64,000 bases of DNA, from assembly GCA_027486415.1 (NCBI GenBank), contig JAIXPC010000011.1:43411-107410 (forward strand), given 5' to 3'. Both the position numbers and the translations under genes were made by a program. The notes under the pieces were generated by a model. That model did no database searches and was not told where the DNA came from. It saw nothing but the letters and a program-made list of their open reading frames with translations. This DNA comes from Sphingomonadales bacterium. Lineage in GTDB: Bacteria > Pseudomonadota > Alphaproteobacteria > Sphingomonadales > Sphingomonadaceae. Of the stretch, positions 55,750 through 64,000 are shown piece by piece (positions within the stretch are counted from its first letter, which is position 1; each line of letters opens with the position of its first letter).

Positions 55750-56679
55750 ATGGACAATATCGACACCGACATCGGCACCGACGAGGCCGACCGCGAGGCC
55801 GCCGCCACCCAGGTGAGCGGCGTGAGCGATGCCAGCGACCGGTTTGATGCGCCGATCCGCGACGTGCTCACCCGGCTGGGCTATCTGACGCCCGATCAGG
55901 TTGCCAATGTGCAGGCGCACGCCACGGAACGCGGGCTGGATTTCGACCAGGCGGCGCTGGAGCTGGGCTTCATCACCACCGAGGATCTCGACCGCGCCCG
56001 CGAACAGCTGATCAACAGCCTGGCGCTGCAGAACATCGCGCGCCGGCCGGTGTCGGATGAACTGGTCGTGCTGTCCGATCCCGGATCCGTGCGGGCGGAA
56101 TCGATCCGCATGCTCCGCACCTCCATCATCGCGCAGCATATCAAGAATGGCCGGCGCGGCCTTGCCGTGGTCGCCACGGCCGACGGCCATGGCTGTTCCT
56201 GGGTGGCCGCCAATCTTGCCGTGGCGCTGAGCCAGGTCGGCTTCAAGATCCTGCTGGTCGATGCCAACATGCGGAACCCGCGGCAGGATCAGATCTTTGG
56301 CCTTGATCCCAATGCGCCCGGCCTGTCGAGCTTCCTGTCCTTGCAGGTGGCGCGTCCGGAACGCGTGGTGAATGCCAACGTGCTGCCCGGCCTCGCCCTC
56401 ATCACTGCCGGGCCGCCGACCAGCCGCCCGCAGGAACTGCTGTCGGGCAACCGGTTCCGCGACGGTGTCAACACGCTGCTGCGCGAATATGACCTGGTCA
56501 TCTTCGACACGCCGGCCGCCAACACCAGCGCGGATGCGCTGAACGTCGGGGCAGGGGCGGCCTATGCGCTGGTGGTCGGTCGTTCCAACCACAGCTTCTA
56601 CAAGGACATCAACACCCTGACCGATCAGTTGCTGGCAGCGCGCTGCGCTGTCGTCGGCGCGGTGCTCAACGAATTCTGA
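55750..56679 (+). CDS. BY-kinase (CpsD/CapB/EpsG) homologue with degenerate Walker A and an N-terminal T2SSE_N-like domain
   Basis: Track ORF 55666..56679 trimmed to ATG 55750. Walker A' ILLVDANMRNP and Walker B LVIFDTPAA are present. The P-loop reads TADGHGCSW instead of GEGKS. No C-terminal Tyr cluster. Confidence 0.75.
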   Translation: MDNIDTDIGTDEADREAAATQVSGVSDASDRFDAPIRDVLTRLGYLTPDQVANVQAHATERGLDFDQAALELGFITTEDLDRAREQLINSLALQNIARRPVSDELVVLSDPGSVRAESIRMLRTSIIAQHIKNGRRGLAVVATADGHGCSWVAANLAVALSQVGFKILLVDANMRNPRQDQIFGLDPNAPGLSSFLSLQVARPERVVNANVLPGLALITAGPPTSRPQELLSGNRFRDGVNTLLREYDLVIFDTPAANTSADALNVGAGAAYALVVGRSNHSFYKDINTLTDQLLAARCAVVGAVLNEF

Positions 56680-57575
56680 TGCCCGACCCGGCCACTCTTG
56701 CGCCCGCTGCGGCCCCGGTTGCCACCGATTGGCGGCGGCTGCTGGTCGCGCACTGGCCGTTGTGGCTGGGCGTGGCGGCGATGGCGGTGCCGACGCTGAT
56801 CGCGCTGGCGCAAGGCCCGTGGCAAGAGGAATCCGGCGTTCACGGCATCATCGTGCTGGTGACCGGCCTGTGGCTGATCTGGCGCCGTCAGGACGAGATT
56901 GCCGCGGCCCGTGCGCCCGGCAACCCGCTGCTCACCGCCGCGGTGCTGGCCATCGCGCTGCCGCTCTACATGGCCGGGCGCGCGTTTGAATTCATCAGCA
57001 TCGAAGCCGGCGCCCTGCTGATGGCCCTGGTGGCCGTCGCCCATCAATATTGGGGCCTCAAGGTCGTTAAGATGCTGTGGTTTCCGATCGTCTATCTGGG
57101 TTTCGTTGTGCCGCTGCCAGGCTGGTTTCTGGATACGATCACGCTGCCGCTGAAGGAATTCGTCTCGGAAATCGTCACCGGCGGGCTGGCAGCCGTGGGC
57201 TATCCGGTCGGGCGGCTCGGCGTGACGCTGTATATCGGTTCCTACCAGCTGCTGGTGGAAGATGCCTGCTCGGGCCTGAATTCGCTGATCAGCCTCACCG
57301 CGATTGGCCTGTTCTATGTCTATCTGATTCGCGGTTCCAACCCGCTCTATTCGCTGCTCCTGCTGGCGATGGTGATCCCGATCGCCATTGCCGCCAATTG
57401 CGTGCGCGTCGCGGCGCTGGTGCTGATCACCTATCATTTCGGCAATGCGATGGCGCAGGGTTATCTCCACAATTTCGCCGGCATGGTCACCTTCGTCTCG
57501 GCATTGCTGTTCATCTTTGCGCTGGATTGGGCGCTGACGCCGCTGCGTCGCCGGCTGGAAGGCGAGGCGGCATGA
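56679..57575 (+). CDS. exosortase (EpsH/Xrt family)
   Basis: 8-TM profile with catalytic motifs VEDACSGLNSL (Cys), ANCVRVA (Arg) and HNFAGM (His). Confidence 0.88.
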   Translation: MPDPATLAPAAAPVATDWRRLLVAHWPLWLGVAAMAVPTLIALAQGPWQEESGVHGIIVLVTGLWLIWRRQDEIAAARAPGNPLLTAAVLAIALPLYMAGRAFEFISIEAGALLMALVAVAHQYWGLKVVKMLWFPIVYLGFVVPLPGWFLDTITLPLKEFVSEIVTGGLAAVGYPVGRLGVTLYIGSYQLLVEDACSGLNSLISLTAIGLFYVYLIRGSNPLYSLLLLAMVIPIAIAANCVRVAALVLITYHFGNAMAQGYLHNFAGMVTFVSALLFIFALDWALTPLRRRLEGEAA

Positions 57576-58270
57576 GCGGGATCAGTCGCCGCGACGTGCT
57601 GATGGGCGGCGCCCTCTTGAGCGGTGCGGCCGGCGCTGCCGCGCTGGTGCCGCGTGATCGGCTGGTGCTGATGCCCAAGGGGCACGAGCTGGAAAAGCTG
57701 GTGCCGCAAACGCTGGGCAGCTGGCGGCACGTGCCAAGCCCCGGCATTGTCATGCCGCGCACCGAAGGCTCGCTGTCGGCCAAACTTTATGGCCAGGTGC
57801 TGAGCCGGGTCTATTACTCCGAAACCCGGCTGCCGGTGATCCTGGTGATGGCCTATGGCGCCGTCCAGAACGACCTGCTGCAGCTGCACCGGCCGGAGGT
57901 GTGCTACACGGCGGTCGGCTTCGAGGTGTCGGGCACCACGGCGGCGAAACTGCCGCTTCGGTCCGGCGTCGAATTGCCGATCCGCGAGCTGGTGGCGCGA
58001 TCGGATCGCCGGATCGAAACCATCACCTACTGGACGCGCATCGGCGATGATCTGCCGACCAACGGCACGGAACAGCGTGTGGCCAAGCTGCGCCAGCAGT
58101 GGGCCGGCTATGTCGCCGACGGTATCCTGGTGCGGATGAGCTGTGCGGTGCCGCCGGAACCAGGCGTGCGTGACCAGCTGGCGGCGTTTGCGCGCGAACT
58201 AGTGAAGGCCGTGCCAGCAGTTGACTTGCCTGCCTTGGTGGGGCGGCCCATCGCCGCCCGAATGGCATGA
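57572..58270 (+). CDS. EpsI family (exosortase-associated) protein
   Basis: In-frame ATG 57572 within track ORF 57077..58270; ATGA overlap with the exosortase stop. N-terminal anchor SRRDVLMGGALL, conserved HRPEVCYTAVGFEV. Confidence 0.8.
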   Translation: MSGISRRDVLMGGALLSGAAGAAALVPRDRLVLMPKGHELEKLVPQTLGSWRHVPSPGIVMPRTEGSLSAKLYGQVLSRVYYSETRLPVILVMAYGAVQNDLLQLHRPEVCYTAVGFEVSGTTAAKLPLRSGVELPIRELVARSDRRIETITYWTRIGDDLPTNGTEQRVAKLRQQWAGYVADGILVRMSCAVPPEPGVRDQLAAFARELVKAVPAVDLPALVGRPIAARMA

Positions 58271-58290
58271 TTGCCGCCGCCCCGCGCGGC

Positions 58291-58548
58291 TCAGCCTTGA
58301 TCGAAGGGCTGCAGCACGCGCCAGATGAAGCCCAGCGTGACGACGAACAGCGCCACCGCACCGGCGTGCATCAGCATCTCGCCCGATTTCATCGCTTCAT
58401 TGCCAATGTAATTGGTGACGGCACAACCAACAGCCGCGACCAGATATTGCCACAGATGGTCGCGAGGTTCGCCCTGGCTGCGTTGCAGAAACAGCACGAT
58501 CAGCCCGGCAAACGTCATCACCGTCAACCAATCATACGGCGTTTCCAT
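58291..58548 (-). CDS. small (85 aa) hypothetical membrane protein
   Basis: Three predicted hydrophobic helices, GC3-rich codon usage, convergent with epsI. Confidence 0.55.
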   Translation of the reverse strand: METPYDWLTVMTFAGLIVLFLQRSQGEPRDHLWQYLVAAVGCAVTNYIGNEAMKSGEMLMHAGAVALFVVTLGFIWRVLQPFDQG

Positions 58549-58655
58549 CGCAGCGTCTCCCTTGCCGGCAGTTCTATAGCAAGTCCCGCCGCCGTTGCCA
58601 TATTATTTACGGTTTCGCGCTATTTTGATCCGTTTCGTCAACGGGGCCCGAGGTC

Positions 58656-60125
58656 GTGAACAGCCAGAATCCCATCACGCCGGCGCGTCCGGTGGCACCG
58701 GCTGCGCCCCTGCGCGCCGGGCCCGGGATTCCGCTGGACGTGGCCATCATCATCGTGCGGCTGCTGGAATTTGCCGCCGTTGGCCTGACCGGCCTGTGGT
58801 TGATCAGCGCCGCCCCGAACGAGTTGGGCAGCGAGGAATTCTATACCCGCATCACCCTGATCGCCAGCCTGGCCTTTGCCGTGCTGGCCGAAAGCATGGG
58901 CAGTTACGACATCGAGGCGCAATTCTCGCTGCGGCTGGGCTGGCGACGGGTGCTGATGGCATGGGCGGCGGCAGCCATGTTCCTGATCGCCATGGGCTTC
59001 CTGCTCAAGGTCTCGCAGGACGTGTCGCGCGCCTGGTCGATCAGCTGGTTCGTCACCGGCGGTGCCGCCCTTTTGGGCACCCGCATCATCACCACCATGT
59101 GGGTGCGCCGGCTGAAACAGCGCGGCACCTTCAACGAGCGCGTCGCCATCTTTGGCGCCGGGCCGCAGGGCGTGCGCTTTGCCGAATATGTGCAGTCGCA
59201 CGACCGGTTGACCATCACGTTGGTTGGCATCTTTGATGATCGCCGACCCGATCGGCTGCCGGATGAAGCCGCCGGGGTGCCGGTGCTGGGCAATCTGACG
59301 ACCTTGATCGGCATGATCCGCGATGGGCTGATCGATCAGGTCGTCGTCGCGCTGCCGTGGGCGGCTGAACGCCGCCTGCAGGACGTGATGGCGCGGCTGG
59401 TGCTGACCCCGGTCAAGGTGCGGCTGGCCCCCGATCTGGTCAGCTTCACCTTTGCCCAGCGGCCGGTGGTGATCCTGGGCGACGTGCCGGTGATGACCCT
59501 GTTCGAACGGCCGATTTCGGGCCTGTCGGGCATCGCCAAGGCCCTTGAAGACAAGATCCTGGCCGTGCTGATCCTCATTGCGGCGGCGCCGGTGATGCTG
59601 CTGGCGGCCATTGCCATCAAGCTGGATTCGCCCGGCCCCATCCTGTTCCGCCAGCCGCGCGAAGGCTTCAACAACAGCACGTTCCACTGCTTCAAGTTCC
59701 GGACGATGTACCACGGCCAGCTGGAGTACAAGAACATCCACCAGGCCAGCCGCGATGATCCGCGCGTGACGCGGGTGGGGCGCTTCCTGCGCCGCTCCAG
59801 CATCGATGAGCTGCCGCAACTGTTCAACGTGCTGCTGGGCGACATGTCGCTGGTGGGCCCGCGACCGCACGCGGCATCAACCCGCGCCGGGGGCCGACTG
59901 TTTTCCGATGTCGTGCAAAGCTATGCCGCGCGCCACAAGGTGAAACCCGGCATCACCGGCTGGGCACAGGTGTGCGGCTGGCGCGGCGAAACCGACACCG
60001 AAGACAAGCTGGTCAAGCGTTTCGAGCACGATCTTTATTATATCGAGAACTGGTCGATCTGGCTCGATCTCTACATCCTGATCCGAACTGTCGGGGCCGT
60101 GCTGTTGCCGCGCAACGCCTTCTGA
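58656..60125 (+). CDS. undecaprenyl-phosphate hexose-1-phosphate transferase (WcaJ/EpsB-type priming glycosyltransferase)
   Basis: GTG start. 4-5 N-terminal TM and a C-terminal bacterial sugar transferase domain (DELPQLFNVLLGDMSLVGPRP). Confidence 0.88.
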   Translation: MNSQNPITPARPVAPAAPLRAGPGIPLDVAIIIVRLLEFAAVGLTGLWLISAAPNELGSEEFYTRITLIASLAFAVLAESMGSYDIEAQFSLRLGWRRVLMAWAAAAMFLIAMGFLLKVSQDVSRAWSISWFVTGGAALLGTRIITTMWVRRLKQRGTFNERVAIFGAGPQGVRFAEYVQSHDRLTITLVGIFDDRRPDRLPDEAAGVPVLGNLTTLIGMIRDGLIDQVVVALPWAAERRLQDVMARLVLTPVKVRLAPDLVSFTFAQRPVVILGDVPVMTLFERPISGLSGIAKALEDKILAVLILIAAAPVMLLAAIAIKLDSPGPILFRQPREGFNNSTFHCFKFRTMYHGQLEYKNIHQASRDDPRVTRVGRFLRRSSIDELPQLFNVLLGDMSLVGPRPHAASTRAGGRLFSDVVQSYAARHKVKPGITGWAQVCGWRGETDTEDKLVKRFEHDLYYIENWSIWLDLYILIRTVGAVLLPRNAF

Positions 60126-60183
60126 CGCCCTGTTACCGGTCGCGACATCGCGGCCCGTCATGAGGTGGCCATCGGGCAGTGCT

Positions 60184-60242
60184 GACATTATGTCGCACTT
60201 GTTCAAAAATTGCCCTTGGCATCTTGGCGCGGACATAATCTT
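60184..60242. promoter_or_regulatory. candidate operator pair / promoter upstream of pcs
   Basis: Perfect 5-1-5 palindrome GACATtATGTC (60184..60194) and half-site GACATaAT (60232..60239). Possible TTGCCC-N18-CATAAT promoter (60210..60239). AT-rich island. Confidence 0.3.
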
Positions 60243-60324
60243 TCTCTAAGCGCGCCTTCATCAAAGTTTCCTGTCTGTTGGCCGGCCTGTGCCGTTTCGA
60301 CAGCGATGATTGGGCAGAACAACG

Positions 60325-63300
60325 ATGTACGATCCGGCTGCTGCGTCGATTCCCTTGCCGATTCCGGGTGTTAACCCGGTCAGGACCCGCGCGGACTGGG
60401 ACGCGATGCGCGCCGCCGTGCTCGCCGATCCGGGCGCGTTCCACGGCCGGATCGCCGCGCGCAACCTGCACTGGCTGGTCGACGTGGGGGAACGCAAGGC
60501 GTGGCTGAGCCGCACCGAGGACGGCCGCTGGGCCGGCTGGGACGCCGAAACGGCAGCGCCCGTGGGCGCCGATCTGCCGGCCGATTTTGCGCCGTGGACC
60601 CGCGCCTTCAACGCCGATGATGCGCCGAACTTCCGCTGGTTCGAAGGCGGCCGCACCAACGCCGCCTTCAACGAACTCGATCGCCATGTGCTGGCGGGGC
60701 ACGGCGCCGAAACCGCCTTCATCTTCGAAGGCGATCGCTGGGATCTCGCCGCCAACAATGGCCGCGGTGCGCCCGTGGACTGCCTGTCGGTCTCCCGCCG
60801 GCAGCTGCTGCTGGAAGCGGCCAAGTGCGCCGTGGCGCTGACGAAGCTGGGTCTGAAGGCCGGCGACCGCATCGCATTGAACATGCCGAACGTGCCGGCG
60901 CAGCTGTACTGGACCGAGGGCGCCAAGCGCATCGGCGTCATCTACACGCCGGTGTTCGGCGGCTTTTCCGACAAGACGCTTTCCGACCGTATCCACGACG
61001 CCGGTGCGCGCCTCGTCATCACCGCCGATGGTGGCTATCGCAATGCCCAGATCGTGCCGTTCAAGACGGCCTATACCGATCCGGCGCTGGACAATTATGT
61101 GCCGGTGGCCGTCGCGCTGCGCCTGCTGGAAGAGCGGCTTGGCGGTGACGATCTTGGCTTGAATGCCGACACGCGCACCGCCATGGCCGGCATCGTCGCG
61201 ACCGCGCTGAAGGGCGAAGTCACCGTGGAGCGCGGCGACGTCATGCGCGGGCTGGGCCGGGCGCTGGCGGAACTCGGCAAGGAAGGTCAGGTTGATGCGG
61301 CGCAATCGGCGCGCATTCGCATCGCCATTGCCGAAGCGCTGGTTTCGACCCCGTCGCGCGTCGATGCGGTGATCGTCGCCAACCACACCCATGTGCCCGA
61401 CCTGGTGTGGCGCGACCGCGACGTGTGGAGCCATGACCTGACCAACGCCGCGCTGTCCGACATCCTGGCCGCCGCTGGCCTGCCCGATGAAGCTGCTCTG
61501 CACGCGCTGGATGACGCGGCGTTCGTGAAGGCGATCTGGGCCGCGTCGAAGCCGCTGCCGGTGGATGCGGAATATCCTCTGTTCTTCATCTACACCTCCG
61601 GTTCCACCGGCAAGCCCAAGGGCGTCGTCCATGTCCACGGCGGCTATGCCAGCGGCATCATGGAAACGATGAAGGTCGCCTTTGATGCGCGCCCTGGTGA
61701 CGTGCTGTTCGTCGTCGCCGATCCGGGCTGGATCACCGGCCAGAGCTACATGATCGCGGCCGCGCTGCTTTCCCGCGTGACGACGGTGCTGGCCGAAGGC
61801 TCGCCGGTGTTCCCGCATTCGGGCCGCTTTGCCGCGATGATCGAAAATCACGGCGTCACCATCTTCAAGGCCGGCGTCACCTTCCTCAAGGCGGTGATGA
61901 CCGATCCGCAAAACCTGAAGGACATCCAGGCCTACGATCTGTCCAAGCTGCGCGTCGCCACCTTCTGCGCCGAGCCCTGCTCCCCGCCGGTGCAGGACTT
62001 TGGCATGAAGCACGTGACCAGCCAGTATATCAACAGCTACTGGGCGACCGAACACGGCGGCATCGCCTGGACGCATTTCTATGGCAACGGCGACTTCCCG
62101 CTGGCCGCCGACGCCCGCACCTTCCCGCTGCCGTGGATCGTCGGTGACGTGTGGGTGGAAGATGACGCCGGCGACCGCAGCGCCACCGTGCTGCTGAACC
62201 GCGACGGCGACGAGGGCGTGACCTGGCGCCGTGCGGCGACGGGCGAGAAGGGCGAGATCATCATCGCCGCGCCCTATCCCTATCTGGCGCGCACCGTGTG
62301 GGGTGATGCCGACAATTTCCGCGTCGAAGACGGCGTTGTCGCCAAGGGCTGGGCCGGTGACGCCGGCCGCTGGCGCGATGGTTACTGGGGGCGCTGGCAG
62401 GGCGTCTGGGCCTATACGCAGGGCGATTTCGCCGTGCGCGGCGACGATGACGGCTTCTCGCTGCATGGCCGTTCGGATGACGTCATCAACGTCTCCGGCC
62501 ACCGCATGGGCACCGAGGAGATCGAGGGCGCCATCCTGCGTGACAAGGCGCTGAACCCGGAAAGCCCGGTCGGCAACGTGCTGGTGGTGGGTGCGCCGCA
62601 TCGCGAGAAGGGGTTGACCCCGATCGCCTTCATCACGCCGGCGCCGGGCCAGATCATCACCCGCGACGACGAGCGCCGGCTGGCCGATCTCGTCCGCAAC
62701 GAAAAGGGCGTGGTGGCCGTTCCTAGCGACTTCATCACGGTGAGCCAGTTCCCGGAAACGCGCAGCGGCAAATATATGCGCCGCATGGTGCGGGCGCTGG
62801 TGGAAGGCACGCCCATCGGCGACGTGACGACGCTGAAGAACCCAGAAAGCCTGGACGAGTTGAAGCGCGTCATCAGCGCGTGGGAGCGCAAGCAGCGCCT
62901 GTCGGAAGACCAGGATATCTTCGACCGCTATCGCTATTTCCGCATCCAGTACAACACGGTGGCGCCGGGCAAGAAGGTGGCGACGGTGTTCATCACCAAC
63001 CCGCCGGTCAACGCGCTGAACGAGCGCGCCATCGACGAGCTGGTGATTGTCGTCGAGCATCTGTCGCGGCGTGACGACGTGGCCGCCGTGGTGTTCACCG
63101 GTGACGGCACCGCCAGCTTCGTCGCCGGTGCCGACATTCGCCAGTTCCTCGACGAGATCCACACGCTTGAAGAAGCGCGCGTGCTGCCGGCCAACGCCCA
63201 GTTGGCGTTCGGCAAGATCGAGCAGATGGGCAAGCCGTGCGTGGCGGCCATCCAGGGCGTGGCGCTGGGCGGCGGCATGGAATTCGCGCTCGCCTGCCAT

Positions 63301-64000
63301 TACCGCGTTGCGGAAAGCCACGCCCGCTTTGGCCAGCCGGAAATCCGCCTGCGCCTGCTGCCGGGCTATGGCGGCACCCAGCGCCTGCCGCGCTTGCTGA
63401 CCGACAAGCGGGGGCCGGAAGGGATGCTGGACGCGCTCGACCTGATCCTGGGTGGCCGCAGCGTCGAAGCGGCGGACGCGCTGGAGATGGGCGCCATCGA
63501 TGCGATTGCCGATGGCAGCAACGATGCGCTCAGCCTCGCCCACGCCGCAGTGCGCGAATATGTGCGGCTGGGCGACACCAGCCATCTGGGCCGCGCCTGG
63601 GCCGAACGCCGCAAGGCTGCCAGGACGGCGTGGCAGAGCGAAGGCCATGTCGATCTCGACGCCGCGCTGGCCGATGATTTCGTGCAGCGCATCTTGCGCC
63701 AGCTCGATTGGGCCGGCCGCGGCAAGGCCGGCGAACGTGCCATCGACGCGATCCGCACCGGCTGGAAAGAGGGCATGGCCGCCGGTCTCGCCCGCGAAGC
63801 CGAACTGTTCGCGCAGGCCGTGGTTGATCCCGATGGCGGCAAGACCGGCATCCGCCTGTTCATGGACAAGAAGGCACCGCCGCTGCCGGTCCGCCGCAAT
63901 GGCGTTCATATCGAAGCCGAGTTCGAGGCGAAGGCGCAGCGGCTGGAAGCGGCCGGTGACCTGCTGCCGGTCGGCGCGCCCTTTTTCCCCGGCGTGACGC
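60325..64000 (+). CDS. propionyl-CoA synthase-like fusion enzyme (acyl-CoA synthetase + enoyl-CoA hydratase domains in window; continues beyond the window end)
   Basis: Not in the ORF track because it is open-ended. Manual translation from ATG 60325 (in-frame TGA at 60307) is uninterrupted to 64000. AMP-binding YTSGSTGKPKGV (about 61590), SGHRMGTEEIE, then crotonase domain VFITNPPVNALN...GGGMEFALACH (about 62980..63300). Confidence 0.85.
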   Translation, partial: MYDPAAASIPLPIPGVNPVRTRADWDAMRAAVLADPGAFHGRIAARNLHWLVDVGERKAWLSRTEDGRWAGWDAETAAPVGADLPADFAPWTRAFNADDAPNFRWFEGGRTNAAFNELDRHVLAGHGAETAFIFEGDRWDLAANNGRGAPVDCLSVSRRQLLLEAAKCAVALTKLGLKAGDRIALNMPNVPAQLYWTEGAKRIGVIYTPVFGGFSDKTLSDRIHDAGARLVITADGGYRNAQIVPFKTAYTDPALDNYVPVAVALRLLEERLGGDDLGLNADTRTAMAGIVATALKGEVTVERGDVMRGLGRALAELGKEGQVDAAQSARIRIAIAEALVSTPSRVDAVIVANHTHVPDLVWRDRDVWSHDLTNAALSDILAAAGLPDEAALHALDDAAFVKAIWAASKPLPVDAEYPLFFIYTSGSTGKPKGVVHVHGGYASGIMETMKVAFDARPGDVLFVVADPGWITGQSYMIAAALLSRVTTVLAEGSPVFPHSGRFAAMIENHGVTIFKAGVTFLKAVMTDPQNLKDIQAYDLSKLRVATFCAEPCSPPVQDFGMKHVTSQYINSYWATEHGGIAWTHFYGNGDFPLAADARTFPLPWIVGDVWVEDDAGDRSATVLLNRDGDEGVTWRRAATGEKGEIIIAAPYPYLARTVWGDADNFRVEDGVVAKGWAGDAGRWRDGYWGRWQGVWAYTQGDFAVRGDDDGFSLHGRSDDVINVSGHRMGTEEIEGAILRDKALNPESPVGNVLVVGAPHREKGLTPIAFITPAPGQIITRDDERRLADLVRNEKGVVAVPSDFITVSQFPETRSGKYMRRMVRALVEGTPIGDVTTLKNPESLDELKRVISAWERKQRLSEDQDIFDRYRYFRIQYNTVAPGKKVATVFITNPPVNALNERAIDELVIVVEHLSRRDDVAAVVFTGDGTASFVAGADIRQFLDEIHTLEEARVLPANAQLAFGKIEQMGKPCVAAIQGVALGGGMEFALACHYRVAESHARFGQPEIRLRLLPGYGGTQRLPRLLTDKRGPEGMLDALDLILGGRSVEAADALEMGAIDAIADGSNDALSLAHAAVREYVRLGDTSHLGRAWAERRKAARTAWQSEGHVDLDAALADDFVQRILRQLDWAGRGKAGERAIDAIRTGWKEGMAAGLAREAELFAQAVVDPDGGKTGIRLFMDKKAPPLPVRRNGVHIEAEFEAKAQRLEAAGDLLPVGAPFFPGVT

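Noticed and set aside
55852-56004. c-di-GMP-binding MshEN motif in the N-domain of the BY-kinase homologue
   Set aside because: The general T2SSE_N-like helical pattern is present, but the RLGxx(L/V/I)(L/V/I)xxG(L/V/I)(L/V/I) binding motif is not (RLGYLTPDQV). No ligand prediction is justified.
58566-58581. CGGCAGttctaTAGCA upstream of the priming glycosyltransferase as a sigma54 promoter
   Set aside because: The GG-N10-GC spacing fits, but three other consensus positions are mismatched. Too weak to call without transcript data.
60133-63909. 1258-aa minus-strand ORF, the longest in the track
   Set aside because: Antisense shadow of the pcs-like gene. Its product is low-complexity (R/G/A/H-rich), whereas the plus strand carries AMP-binding and crotonase signatures.

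Overview
High-GC alphaproteobacterial chromosome segment. A sphingomonad is my best guess, inferred from two TonB-dependent receptors, a PEPxxW-type PEP-CTERM protein plus an exosortase, and an Erythrobacter-type propionyl-CoA synthase. All family calls come from reading motifs in the translations; no searches were run. The window is gene-dense, with about 50 CDS and one tRNA-Val. I saw no transposase, integrase, phage gene or CRISPR array. Left to right: oxyR-ahpCD, housekeeping and redox enzymes, bamD, a SulP/beta-carbonic-anhydrase pair, a TonB receptor with a long structured leader, a PEP-CTERM protein behind a textbook sigma54 promoter, an acyl-CoA dehydrogenase/GH42/DUF2855 trio, pseudoazurin, edd, transporters, lon and tRNA-Val. 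These are followed by a compact five-gene operon of unclear function (31992..40136), epmB, dps and nhaA. Then comes a roughly 16 kb rhamnose-linked exopolysaccharide/exosortase locus (43801..60125), and finally the 5' two-thirds of a trifunctional propionyl-CoA synthase that runs off the window. Two real genes, ahpD at the left edge and pcs at the right edge, are missing from the ORF track because they are open-ended. Many long track ORFs are antisense shadows typical of high-GC DNA. Best candidates for something undescribed: (1) the five-gene flavoprotein/DedA/TonB-receptor/NupC/CDP-alcohol-transferase operon; (2) the atypical exosortase EPS locus, which has a P-loop-dead tyrosine-kinase homologue and an AAA ATPase with a long N-terminal extension; (3) the structured leader of the first TonB receptor. 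None of these can be called novel without database and synteny searches.
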